In this document: positions 39,922-49,492 of the stretch, in pieces
Layout: the number at the start of each line of letters is the position of its first letter
How positions within the stretch are numbered: position 1 is the first letter of the stretch
NCBI GenBank assembly: GCA_046483985.1
Contig: JAWOCD010000120.1
Coordinates: 1-64,000, forward strand
Direction: 5' to 3'
DNA from: Promethearchaeia archaeon
GTDB taxonomy: Archaea > Asgardarchaeota > Lokiarchaeia > Sigyniarchaeales > SOKP01
Length of the DNA: 64,000 nt
Position numbers and translations under genes: made by a program
Notes under the pieces: generated by a model
What the model saw: only the letters and a program-made list of their open reading frames with translations
Databases searched by the model: none
What the model was told of the DNA's origin: nothing

Positions 39922-40347
39922 ATGACAAGTTTAGAAAATAGGAAATCGAATAAGATTCTGGTTGCACTGATAGCGGGAAGTAAGTCCGACAAAGAGGTGT
40001 ATGAGAAGGCAGAAAAAGTATTAATTGAAAATAAAATTCCCTATGAGTTGAAAATTATTTCCGCGCACCGTAATCCCGATAAACTGGATACGTATGTAAA
40101 GGAAAGTCCGGCATTGGTATTTATTGCGGTAGCAGGCTTGGCTGCCGCCTTGCCCGGCGTGATCGCTTCAAAGACAGATAAACCGGTCATCGGAGTTCCG
40201 GTGAATGCTAAATTAGACGGATTGGACGCGCTCCTTTCCATAGTGCAAATGCCTCCCGGAGTTCCGGTCGCATGCGTGGGAATTGATCGCGGAGATAATG
40301 CGGCCTATTTGGCAATTCAAATATTAAAATTAACGGGAAAAATCTAA
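39922..40347 (+). CDS. purE: N5-CAIR mutase / AIR carboxylase PurE
   Basis: [35 protein letters not shown]. Confidence 0.96.
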   Translation: MTSLENRKSNKILVALIAGSKSDKEVYEKAEKVLIENKIPYELKIISAHRNPDKLDTYVKESPALVFIAVAGLAAALPGVIASKTDKPVIGVPVNAKLDGLDALLSIVQMPPGVPVACVGIDRGDNAAYLAIQILKLTGKI

Positions 40348-40364
40348 TTGGGTAGTTCGAAAGA

Positions 40365-41078
40365 ATGAGTAAAGAGTTAATAGAAAAAGGAAAAAAAAGT
40401 GCCGCAGTGAAGGCAGTAGAAGAGCATGTGAAACCAGATATGGTTTTAGGGATCGGAAGCGGCTCTACCGTGGTGTACGCAGTGGAAAAGATAGCCGAGA
40501 TGAATCAATCCCAAGATCTAAATCTAAAGTGTATTCCTACCTCCTTTCAATCGTATCAACTAATAGTGGACAATGCCTTAACCTTGGTAAACTTAGATCA
40601 ATACCCAAAAATTGACTTAGATATCGATGGCGCAGATGAGGTCGATAAAAATTTAAACCTTATTAAAGGTGGTGGCGGATGTTTGGTGCAAGAAAAAATT
40701 ATTGCCTCAAATTCCAGAGAACTTATCATTATAGCCGATTTTCGGAAACACGCGCAGACCTTGGGAGAAAAATGGAAGAAAGGAGTGCCAGTTGAGGTCA
40801 TCCCGATGGCATATGTGCCGTTAATGAAAAAACTGAAAAAATTAGGGGGCACCCCCAAACTTCGTATGGCGAAATCAAAAGCGGGCCCGTTGGTCACAGA
40901 CAACGGAAATTTCATTCTTGATGTGGATTTCGGATTAATTAAAAGCCCAGCAGCGTTAAATGACCAATTATTACATATTCCCGGGGTAGTCGATACCGGA
41001 TTGTTTATAAAGATGGCATCGCACGCCTATATTGGTCAAGAAAATGGCGAAGTATTATGTTTAACAAGCGAGGATTAA
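40365..41078 (+). CDS. rpiA: Ribose-5-phosphate isomerase A
   Basis: GIGSGST, DGADEVD, KGGGG, TDNGN. Confidence 0.97.
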   Translation: MSKELIEKGKKSAAVKAVEEHVKPDMVLGIGSGSTVVYAVEKIAEMNQSQDLNLKCIPTSFQSYQLIVDNALTLVNLDQYPKIDLDIDGADEVDKNLNLIKGGGGCLVQEKIIASNSRELIIIADFRKHAQTLGEKWKKGVPVEVIPMAYVPLMKKLKKLGGTPKLRMAKSKAGPLVTDNGNFILDVDFGLIKSPAALNDQLLHIPGVVDTGLFIKMASHAYIGQENGEVLCLTSED

Positions 41079-41179
41079 TATTCTTTTTTCTTAACTCTCT
41101 CTAATCTACTGCTATTTCAAGCGACTAAGAAGGCTGTTCAAAAAGAAAAAGAAAAAAATGTAAAAATTTTTTTTTCAAC

Positions 41180-44100
41180 TTAATAGTTGGTGTATCGATT
41201 TTCCTCTCTTTTTTTGGAAACAATTATTGCGATCACAATGAGCGCAAGCACCGCAATTATAATAATTAAGACAAGCCAGAGAAGCCAATCCTCAGTTTCT
41301 TGAATTGGATCAATAGCGAGGAAGATGGTAAATTCATTAACACCGCCTTCGTTATCATAAACGCTGATATAAAGAAGTCCAAGATAAGATCCACCGCTTT
41401 GGATATCTGTCTCCGTAGAAATATTCTTTGCCCCGGTAATCGAAGGATATTTCATTTCCTTAGGGATGGTAATACTTCCTTCATGTTGTTTTGATTCAGA
41501 GTCATAGTCAACCTCAGAAACCAACAGTTCTGCGGGGTATATTAAGGACACATAATTATCACTTGATGCACTACAGATGAAAAAGTTCACAAATACTCGC
41601 ATATCATCGGGGTCATCCTCATAATTCACCGAATCTTCCACTGAAATCTTAAAATTGACTATGTCCTCTTGTATCGTCTCGTAGATATAGCTTCCACCCT
41701 CATCTGAGGTGATGTCTGTAAATGATACCTCATTTCCGCTGTCTATAGAAAAAGACGATTCATCCTTATTAAACTCCGGGGGATTATTGTAGACATAAAA
41801 ATTCTCTCTCGGAACGAAGGCGTTTTTATAACTCCCCTCTGTGCTATTAGGAGTTATATAAACCATTCCCAAACCCGCAGGTACTGAATCAGGAGAAGGA
41901 TCATATGAATTCGAATAAGAGGAACCTTCTTCTTCTTCTACTAGCGTTATGTTTGTGGTGTATGTTTGTTCTTGGTTAAAAAATGAATCGGCATAGAATG
42001 CTAGATGGCCATCAAACTTTTCATAGGTATCATCCGAGCTTGCTTCAATTTCAACGCTCTCGGACTCTCGCGTGATATTATACGGATCTCCATCATTTTC
42101 ATCTGCTGTTAACTCTTGAATCTTAGGCATTAAGGTACTGTTGTAGTAGAGTAATTTAGAGCTTGTGTTATAGGTTGTCCCGCTCACCGTTAAATTTGCT
42201 TCGATTGTATAGGGTTCATTACTCGGACTGGAGATGGTATAGCTATTGTTCAGAGCAGTCCCGTTTTGGGGGGAAAACATATTAATATTTTCCGAATTTG
42301 TATTGTTTTTTAGGGCAACGGATAAACTATCGTTCAAAATGTCGCTCGGTATTAACGAATTATTAGTCGCATATTTTGCATAGAGAGAAAGGTCGAGAGT
42401 TCCTGTTGTTGTTTGTTGTGACCGAAGTCTCGTTTGAATCGACACATTCTCATCGTTTTGATAATAGTTAATCAGATTTTCCATTAGCAAGGAATGCTCA
42501 CTTTCATAGTCCGATAAATCATAATATTTCCCCATCCAATGCAGATCTCCGAAAGCGACTAATTTCCCTTTTCCATCGCTGCTTCCATCGTATGAAGCTG
42601 CCACTGTCTCACCATCTAAGGATGCAATAGATTCGGCCTCTTCCGACGTGCTTAATGCAGTCCCATCAGACCAACTAAATCCATTGACTCCAGAGAAAAT
42701 CTCTCCGTGATTTAGATCTGTAACGCTCTGGGGAGTAACACTTGCACCCAGTCCAAGCCACTCATCATCCATAATGTTCGCATCAGCAACTTGTATTCCT
42801 GTTCCGAGGGTCGATAAAAGATTGTTGATATTATCCTTACAGAGTTGCTCCGATCTCGTACCCATGAATAATAAGTTACTTCCGTTGGAAAAATAGGAAT
42901 TAAGGGCATCCATCTCTCTTGGACTATAAGGAAGAATTGGCGATTGTAAAACTACTAAATCGTATTGACCTAATCGTTCTTCGGTGAGCATGGAATTGTT
43001 TAATTGCGCATCATAATTTGGAGTCCATGAGACCGCATTATAGTCAAGGGATACATTTTCGGAGGCCATTTTCTTCATCGATTCATAGAAGTCCATCTGA
43101 TAGAACGAAATTTCGGGTAAGAAATCGTTTAATCCGTGGAACGAGTCCATTAACACGCTGTATTCTGGAAGCTTAATTTCAAATGAGACATTGATAGTAT
43201 TGACTATATTAGGTGTTAATTCATCACTTGTAAGATTAATTTGAAAATCATAGAGACCCGGTTTTGCATCATTATCAATTTTTATATCCAAAGCAGAGAA
43301 ATTAACACCGGGATTTGAAAAACTAATTGGGTTTTTATCCAAATTAATTGTTAATCCTTCAACAGAGGGAATATCAATATTATAAGTTCTATTAGATCCA
43401 CTAATGAGAGTTAAATTATATTGTTGGTGATCTCCCGGGAAGTTCAGTAGATCATAAGGTTCGACTGGTAAAACACCGGGATACACTTTTGCGACCTCAT
43501 TCACATCTTCATTATCTTCTAAATCTTTTAAAAACTCCAATGAAGCGCTTACATTTATTATTCCGGCTCCCGATTTAAGGATGTCATCTTCATCTGAGTC
43601 CGTAAGTGATCGTGCCCCTTCTAACAGAGCGATTCTTGCAGTTTCTGGAGTTATTGAAGAATTGAAGTCCTTTAAGATCGCCAACGCACCCGCCACCATG
43701 GGACATGACATACTGGTTCCGCTTAAGGGGAGATAATCAGCATCTCCTTCAAAATCGAAATAATCACCAATAAAACGATTTCCTCCTGAAATGACTGAGT
43801 CCTTTGCTTCGCACGAGATAATATCTACCCCCGGAGCAACCACATCTGGATATCCCAAATAGGTATAGGTTGGACCCCAACTGCTAAAAGAAGCTAATTC
43901 GTCATTACGATTTGATGCCCCTACAGAGATCGCACTGGTACCAGCAGCAGGAGAGCCTCCGGTAAAGTACTCTGGACCGGAATTCCCGGCTGAGACGACA
44001 CAAATTGTACCATTCTCGACTGCTACATCAATAGGTGCTGTAATTGGATCGTGCGCAGCGGGTTGTCCGCCCCCAAAACTCATTGAAATTATATCGGCAC

Positions 44101-45022
44101 CAGCATCATTTGCCTCTTGAATTCCGTTTATGATAGATGAATCTCTCAAAGCGCCATTACTGTCCGCCGCTCGTACGTTTATAATCCCGGCACCTGGTGC
44201 TACCCCTCTAAATTCTCCATCCGAACCCGCGCCATCTCCTGCGGCGATCCCGGCACAATGGGTTCCATGCCCGTTTTTATCTTCGGTCGTACTCTCACCT
44301 ACTGCATCTATACTGTCAACAATATTTAATCCCGAGTGGTTATACACTCCCGAATCAATAATCGCAACCGTAACGCCGCTTCCATCGTAGCTTAAACTAT
44401 CGCCTCCAATCGAGGAAAGCCACCAATTAGGATAATTCTCTTTTTCTAATGCGGAGGGAGTAATTGAATTTCCTTCACTACCGTCTGCTTCCTCGGTTAT
44501 CACGGGTTGGCTGAATGTTTTCGATTTATAAACCTTCTTGATCGCCTTGATTTCGGCAATTTCGCTTTCAGCGTCCATTAATTCATAGGGATCCACTTGC
44601 AGATACATTCCGGAGATAATATCATAATTATAAATCACTTCAAAGTCGGTAAAGTGCGATTGCAGTATGTCTAAACGTTTTTTCTTGGAAAGCCCCTCGT
44701 CAAACATAACTATAGTTTTGACTTTTTCAAGATCACGTCCATTCTTTTCTGAACTCACCTCTTGCAAATGGCTCTTTAATGACTCATCATATTTGGTATC
44801 TTCGCCTAACGAAGTTTCCGTATTCAATTGGGTTCCTTCGTCCGACTTATCCGGAAGATCGTCTAATTCAAACTGATCTAGGGAAGCTTGATTATTCTGA
44901 GCCAAGGGTTGATTAACTGATTCGAGCCCAATAAAGAGCGGAATTGACCCGTAACTAAGAAGTATGTAAAACAGAATAAGTGTTGCATTGTATTTTTTTC
45001 TCGATTTCATATTCTCATACAT
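41180..45022 (-). CDS. Membrane-anchored S8 subtilase with Site-1-protease-like architecture
   Basis: Signal/TM N-terminus; IDSG, HGTHCAG, SAGN, SGTSMSCP; Ig-like and GATase-like domains; C-terminal TM. Confidence 0.9.
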   Translation of the reverse strand: MYENMKSRKKYNATLILFYILLSYGSIPLFIGLESVNQPLAQNNQASLDQFELDDLPDKSDEGTQLNTETSLGEDTKYDESLKSHLQEVSSEKNGRDLEKVKTIVMFDEGLSKKKRLDILQSHFTDFEVIYNYDIISGMYLQVDPYELMDAESEIAEIKAIKKVYKSKTFSQPVITEEADGSEGNSITPSALEKENYPNWWLSSIGGDSLSYDGSGVTVAIIDSGVYNHSGLNIVDSIDAVGESTTEDKNGHGTHCAGIAAGDGAGSDGEFRGVAPGAGIINVRAADSNGALRDSSIINGIQEANDAGADIISMSFGGGQPAAHDPITAPIDVAVENGTICVVSAGNSGPEYFTGGSPAAGTSAISVGASNRNDELASFSSWGPTYTYLGYPDVVAPGVDIISCEAKDSVISGGNRFIGDYFDFEGDADYLPLSGTSMSCPMVAGALAILKDFNSSITPETARIALLEGARSLTDSDEDDILKSGAGIINVSASLEFLKDLEDNEDVNEVAKVYPGVLPVEPYDLLNFPGDHQQYNLTLISGSNRTYNIDIPSVEGLTINLDKNPISFSNPGVNFSALDIKIDNDAKPGLYDFQINLTSDELTPNIVNTINVSFEIKLPEYSVLMDSFHGLNDFLPEISFYQMDFYESMKKMASENVSLDYNAVSWTPNYDAQLNNSMLTEERLGQYDLVVLQSPILPYSPREMDALNSYFSNGSNLLFMGTRSEQLCKDNINNLLSTLGTGIQVADANIMDDEWLGLGASVTPQSVTDLNHGEIFSGVNGFSWSDGTALSTSEEAESIASLDGETVAASYDGSSDGKGKLVAFGDLHWMGKYYDLSDYESEHSLLMENLINYYQNDENVSIQTRLRSQQTTTGTLDLSLYAKYATNNSLIPSDILNDSLSVALKNNTNSENINMFSPQNGTALNNSYTISSPSNEPYTIEANLTVSGTTYNTSSKLLYYNSTLMPKIQELTADENDGDPYNITRESESVEIEASSDDTYEKFDGHLAFYADSFFNQEQTYTTNITLVEEEEGSSYSNSYDPSPDSVPAGLGMVYITPNSTEGSYKNAFVPRENFYVYNNPPEFNKDESSFSIDSGNEVSFTDITSDEGGSYIYETIQEDIVNFKISVEDSVNYEDDPDDMRVFVNFFICSASSDNYVSLIYPAELLVSEVDYDSESKQHEGSITIPKEMKYPSITGAKNISTETDIQSGGSYLGLLYISVYDNEGGVNEFTIFLAIDPIQETEDWLLWLVLIIIIAVLALIVIAIIVSKKREENRYTNY

Positions 45023-45188
45023 TTTTCAGATTATTTATTTGTTGTTATAATACCCTAAAAAAAATAAGGTTTATTTATAATTAGGTATAGTTTTTTCCAT
45101 TTTCCTCAATTAGTTGAATGGAAATAAATCTTAATTTTGATCGAACAATCGCATGAGATGAATATTAATTGTATACATAAGTTTATAT

Positions 45189-45359
45189 TTGGCAATAAAA
45201 GGATATGCGAATGGAAAATATTCAATCGGTAAAGCAGCATATTTAGCCAATCAGCCATTATCGGAATTCATGGATCTTATTATGGACTTAGGAATCAAAT
45301 TAAAAATAAGTAAAGCAGATCTCTTGGAAGGTTATGAACATCTGAAAGAATTCTTCTAA
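45189..45359 (+). pseudogene. UPF0175-family antitoxin-like fragment
   Basis: LAIKGYANGKYSIGKAAYLANQPLSEFMDLIMDLGI; no ATG, in-frame TGA at 45159. Confidence 0.6.
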
Positions 45360-45531
45360 CGAAATTTCAAGAATGACCAAAAATTTTCCATCTCTTCCCT
45401 TTTACCTAATAGGTTATTGGAATCTTTAATTCAAAAATTTAGGGTTAAAGAATCGAAAAGAATATAAATTTTCTTTTATTCTCTAAAATAGATTATACCT
45501 TATTTTAGCATAATCTGTTGCCTTTTAAGGT

Positions 45532-45668
45532 GGGGCTGTGGATTAGTGGCAGATCACTCGCTTGGCATAAAGGAAAAGCTTCGGTTTTTCTCTTACAATA
45601 TGCGAGAGGCCGAGGGTTCAATAAGAATACCCATTTCGGGTAAATTGAGAATCCCTCCAGCTCCACCA
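45532..45668 (+). tRNA. tRNA-Ala(GGC) with two introns (37/38 and T-loop); CCA encoded
   Basis: GGGGCTG/CAGCTCC acceptor stem with G3:U70; CTCGC-TTGGCAT-GCGAG after removing 45568-45600; GAGGG/CCCTC T-stem after removing ~29 nt. Confidence 0.9.
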
Positions 45669-45889
45669 TTTTAAATATCTTATATTTCAAAAATTCTCAC
45701 AAAATTCACATGAGATTCTTATAAAAGAGCCTAAAATCAAAAATTTTTTATTTTTTTAGCTTCTTTAGTTTTATAGTAATGTAAAAATAATAAGGAAGAA
45801 AGGGGATAGAACTCAAAATTTCTGAGCAAGAATTACGCCAAATAAAAAGAGATATACGGGATGGAGAGTTTAGAAAAGCATTAGATAGC

Positions 45890-47608
45890 TTGATATCCTT
45901 AGCTAACGAAGATAATTTTGATTCGTTACCTGAGATTTTAAATGGGATATTAGAAGTGCAAAGCAAAGGATATGAGTTAGATGAGGAACAGCTTCGAAAA
46001 TTGGACCCCTTACTAAAACTATATGATGAAACAATACAAGATTTAACCTTAGAGATACAAATAAATAATCTTAAGGGAAGTTTAAATAAGGTCAAAGAAA
46101 AAACGGAGATAATGGTTTCGAATTATGAAATTATAGAACCGCCCGTGAGAGATAAGATAATTTCTTTTTTAATCAATCATTTTTATGAATATTATAACCG
46201 TGAGAAAGCCCTCATTAGAAAGTTAATATCTTTCTTAGATGATCAAATATGGACCATACGAATTAGGATTATCGAATTTTTAAATGATATTTTTTCTGTG
46301 CGACCCAATTTTATTAAAATGTTCGATAAGGAATTGGAAATTCTCTACAATGAGAAGGATATAGATGTAATCCGGGAGGGTTTAGATTTGTTACTCAGAG
46401 TCTTCTTAAAAACATATAATCCCGAAGACCTTAGTAAATTAATCAATTCGATTAATGAAAGAGAATGGGTTGCACAAGAAAAAATATTAATGCTAATAAG
46501 CAAACTCTGTATTGAAAGACCCGAGTTATTAGAAGAATCTGTTATAAAAAATCTGATCAATTTGTTAGATCACACCGATTATTTAGTTTCTGAAACAGTT
46601 AAAAATACAATGGAAGAAATTATGGAACATTATCCGAATATATTTGATGATATCTTTTTTTCGGTGATTCAAGAGGACTCAATAGACAATATGGAATCGC
46701 TCGAGCAATTATTGAGAAGTTCAATAATAGAGAATGGGTATTCACGTTTTAAAGAGATTTTTGAAATTATCTCGTTTCGATTTTGGTCTTTAAGACACAC
46801 TTTGGTGAATTTGATACGTAAATTAACTTCTTTCAATAAAAAGATGACATCGTCTTTTTTTTCCCAGATTATCCCCGAAGTCCTAAAAGAGGGCGAACTT
46901 TACCAGAAATTTACTAAAGTCTTGAAGCAAATTCAAAACCTTGATCTGTATATTGCATGTTATCAGACATTAAATAATGTAAGTTTGATAGAAAACCCAG
47001 AGATTGAAGCTCGGAGAAAGGAACTATTAACCATCTTAAAAGAAAATATGCCGGAATTGAAATTTCTGGAAGTAAAAAAGTGGTTACAAATAGAACTAAA
47101 AGAAGGACCTGTCTCCATTCATCAAGTCTGTGAGAAATTTCAATTGGATAAGTCAAGGGTCATCTCTCTTGTGAATAAATTCCAAAAATATGACGACTTT
47201 GAAACTTCTATTACGAATGGTTATATTATGCAAAAAGCCAACGAGGAGGAAAAGGAGGAAGATCTTCTGTTTTTAAAGCAATGGAAAGTTCACCGAAACC
47301 CTGAAATAAGTGAAAATGAAATTAAACTCTTCATTCAAGTAAAAAATATCTCAGGAAAAAAAATAAGTAATTTTGATATTGACATAGATTATCCCGAGAA
47401 CATCTTGACCCTCCATCATCAAGATCCCTCTAGCATACGTAGTATATTAGAAAATGACCAAAATATTATTATGACGTATATCTTCAGAAATGAAGGGAGA
47501 CCTAAAATGAAAAATTCCCATATAGACAAAATAAAATTCACTTTTTCATATTTAAAAGACGAAACCTCTCTCCAGATAGAAAAAGAACTTGATCTTCTTC
47601 TTCTCTAA
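45890..47608 (+). CDS. HEAT/ARM-repeat protein with C-terminal wHTH-like and Ig-like domains
   Basis: LDDQIWTIR, EKDIDVIRE and LDHTDYLVS HEAT-like units; terminal beta-sandwich pattern; frame stays open ~30 codons upstream. Confidence 0.7.
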   Translation: MISLANEDNFDSLPEILNGILEVQSKGYELDEEQLRKLDPLLKLYDETIQDLTLEIQINNLKGSLNKVKEKTEIMVSNYEIIEPPVRDKIISFLINHFYEYYNREKALIRKLISFLDDQIWTIRIRIIEFLNDIFSVRPNFIKMFDKELEILYNEKDIDVIREGLDLLLRVFLKTYNPEDLSKLINSINEREWVAQEKILMLISKLCIERPELLEESVIKNLINLLDHTDYLVSETVKNTMEEIMEHYPNIFDDIFFSVIQEDSIDNMESLEQLLRSSIIENGYSRFKEIFEIISFRFWSLRHTLVNLIRKLTSFNKKMTSSFFSQIIPEVLKEGELYQKFTKVLKQIQNLDLYIACYQTLNNVSLIENPEIEARRKELLTILKENMPELKFLEVKKWLQIELKEGPVSIHQVCEKFQLDKSRVISLVNKFQKYDDFETSITNGYIMQKANEEEKEEDLLFLKQWKVHRNPEISENEIKLFIQVKNISGKKISNFDIDIDYPENILTLHHQDPSSIRSILENDQNIIMTYIFRNEGRPKMKNSHIDKIKFTFSYLKDETSLQIEKELDLLLL

Positions 47609-47641
47609 TCCAGACCTTATTTGCGCATTTTTATCATAGAC

Positions 47642-47680
47642 GGCAAAAGAAAACACCGTCCTTTAGGGCGTGGTAGTTCA
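47642..47680 (+). mobile_element. Collapsed IS200/IS605-like end hairpin (solo element)
   Basis: ggcaaaagaaaacaccgtcctttagggcgtggtagttca combines both end sequences of the 37566-37934 element. Confidence 0.55.
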
Positions 47681-47686
47681 ATAAGC

Positions 47687-47750
47687 AAAATCCAAATCAT
47701 TAAAAATCCAAATCATTAAAAATCCAAATCATTAAAAATCCAAATCGTTA
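47687..47750. repeat. 16-bp tandem repeat x4 overlapping the LuxC-like stop codon
   Basis: aaaatccaaatc(a/g)tta four times. Confidence 0.92.
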
Positions 47751-49417
47751 AAAAAGGAAAGTTGATCCTCTTCTTTGACTTTTTGATCTAAATGACCAAT
47801 GTATACCCATTTAGTTAGATCTTGAAGTACATAATGACCGTCCCACGGCATTCCAATGGGATGATTATTATGTTCGCCGACCTTCGGAAATCTATAAGCT
47901 CCGGCTAATGATAATTCCTCTGCTACCTCTTTAATAAAATTATCAGACCCATAAATAGAGACCGTTTGAAGATAACGCTGTAACTTTTCTTTTCGAATTG
48001 AATGGATTAAATCTTCAATACTCGAAATTCGGGTAACGATAAGAAAACGATTTTGGCACATATCAATTTCTTTTCTGTTGGGTAAATCTCTTAAGAATAC
48101 AACGGTCCAATCTAATTTATCCATCGGCGGGGTTAAGATTGTTGCCCTTTTTTTCGTCACATAATTCATAAAAAAGTATTCTCGTTTCCTTTCCACGGAA
48201 AGACCATCTGAGTGAGTTAAGTTTGCACGAGGTAAAATTTTATCCGTCAATTTTAACCCGTCTGCGAGCATTTTCGCAAATCCCATGGGAGAGAGTTCAG
48301 AATATTGGTTTCTGAGTTGTTTAATTGATCTTTGCATGAGAGTTTCTATGTTTGTTCCATTTTCGTTATTCCTCGTAGGAATATCGGAAAGAGAATCCAA
48401 TACGGGATTATCCAAGGTTTTGCGATCGTTTTGTGATTTATTTGAAAGGGTATTTTGTCCCTCCTCCTTATAAACTGCAGATTCCTGGGGATCATCCATT
48501 ATATAAATTACCCTCGGACTTAAACAAGCTTTTTGATTCCAACATACAGCGTCTACGGCGATTTTTTGAGCGATTTCTTCCATTTTATTTTTATCTTTAA
48601 AGATGCTCTCCGAAATAACGCTAAATGAAATTTTTGGACCGTGGTCAATTATTTTAATTCCAAAACGGTTTGCTCTACGTCTTATTTCTTCAATAGAGTG
48701 AATACCTCCCCAAGCCAACACACCATCGACCCATCCTGAATTAAATAATGCATCATAAATCTCTGTTTTACTCCCCCTCCAATAGAGCGCGGCAATTTCT
48801 TTAGCGATTTTGTCATCAACATCTGCTATAGATTCGCATAATTTTATTGCCATAAAAGGCTCTCCATGAGAAAGCTTTATTAAATTTACGTTTTTTGTAA
48901 TTAACCCATAAAAGAGGCTCAACATTCCCAAATTAAAAGCATTTCCGGCCATATTGTGAAGAATAAGACCTCTCGGTTGAGCATGAATTCTTGTCGATCG
49001 CTTTTGAACCCACTCCTCTAAGTATTCCTTTCCTCCGAGTTCACTTTTTAATTGAATCTCTGTGTACTTCCGATCCCACATTTCTAATGTTCCATCAAGC
49101 TCCACCTCACATAATTTCTTGGATTGACCGGTCATTATGGGTAGAACTTCGAGTACTTCCTTTCTGATATCATAATTAGGATCGCGCCATAAATTTCCAA
49201 CTTGATCAATGATGTCAAGAACTTCGTCTATATGGCGATTATGTGCCCTCCGTTTCTTTTTGGCAAGTCTCGAGGCAACTTCTAGGACCTCATTCTTTTG
49301 AAAAATGGGAAATTCCAGTTCTAATACATCATCTTGACGTTTTATGGTTTTAGATGTGGTATTTTCACCATACCCGGATTTAAATATAAAAGCTGGAATA
49401 GAAATACTTTTTTTCAT
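47732..49417 (-). CDS. LuxC-like acyl-CoA reductase
   Basis: PRGLILHNMAGN, WGG, HGPKISF, QKACLSP (catalytic Cys), WDG. Confidence 0.88.
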   Translation of the reverse strand: MKKSISIPAFIFKSGYGENTTSKTIKRQDDVLELEFPIFQKNEVLEVASRLAKKKRRAHNRHIDEVLDIIDQVGNLWRDPNYDIRKEVLEVLPIMTGQSKKLCEVELDGTLEMWDRKYTEIQLKSELGGKEYLEEWVQKRSTRIHAQPRGLILHNMAGNAFNLGMLSLFYGLITKNVNLIKLSHGEPFMAIKLCESIADVDDKIAKEIAALYWRGSKTEIYDALFNSGWVDGVLAWGGIHSIEEIRRRANRFGIKIIDHGPKISFSVISESIFKDKNKMEEIAQKIAVDAVCWNQKACLSPRVIYIMDDPQESAVYKEEGQNTLSNKSQNDRKTLDNPVLDSLSDIPTRNNENGTNIETLMQRSIKQLRNQYSELSPMGFAKMLADGLKLTDKILPRANLTHSDGLSVERKREYFFMNYVTKKRATILTPPMDKLDWTVVFLRDLPNRKEIDMCQNRFLIVTRISSIEDLIHSIRKEKLQRYLQTVSIYGSDNFIKEVAEELSLAGAYRFPKVGEHNNHPIGMPWDGHYVLQDLTKWVYIGHLDQKVKEEDQLSFFNDLDF

Positions 49418-49492
49418 ACTTATAATATTAAAAAAATAATTAGTTTATTTATAATTAAAGTTTATCAGCTATTGGACTTTTTCCTTCCGTGC

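Noticed and set aside
39798-39992. 64-aa ORF with a QIQNEIY repeat
   Set aside because: By-product of the 21-bp intergenic repeat and antisense to purE
45640-45668. tRNA 3' end as an integration (att) site
   Set aside because: No second copy of the 3' end and no integrase seen in the window
45505-45690. 61-aa minus-strand ORF
   Set aside because: Antisense to the tRNA-Ala gene; spurious
47687-47750. Possible CRISPR array
   Set aside because: Contiguous 16-bp units with no spacers and no cas genes
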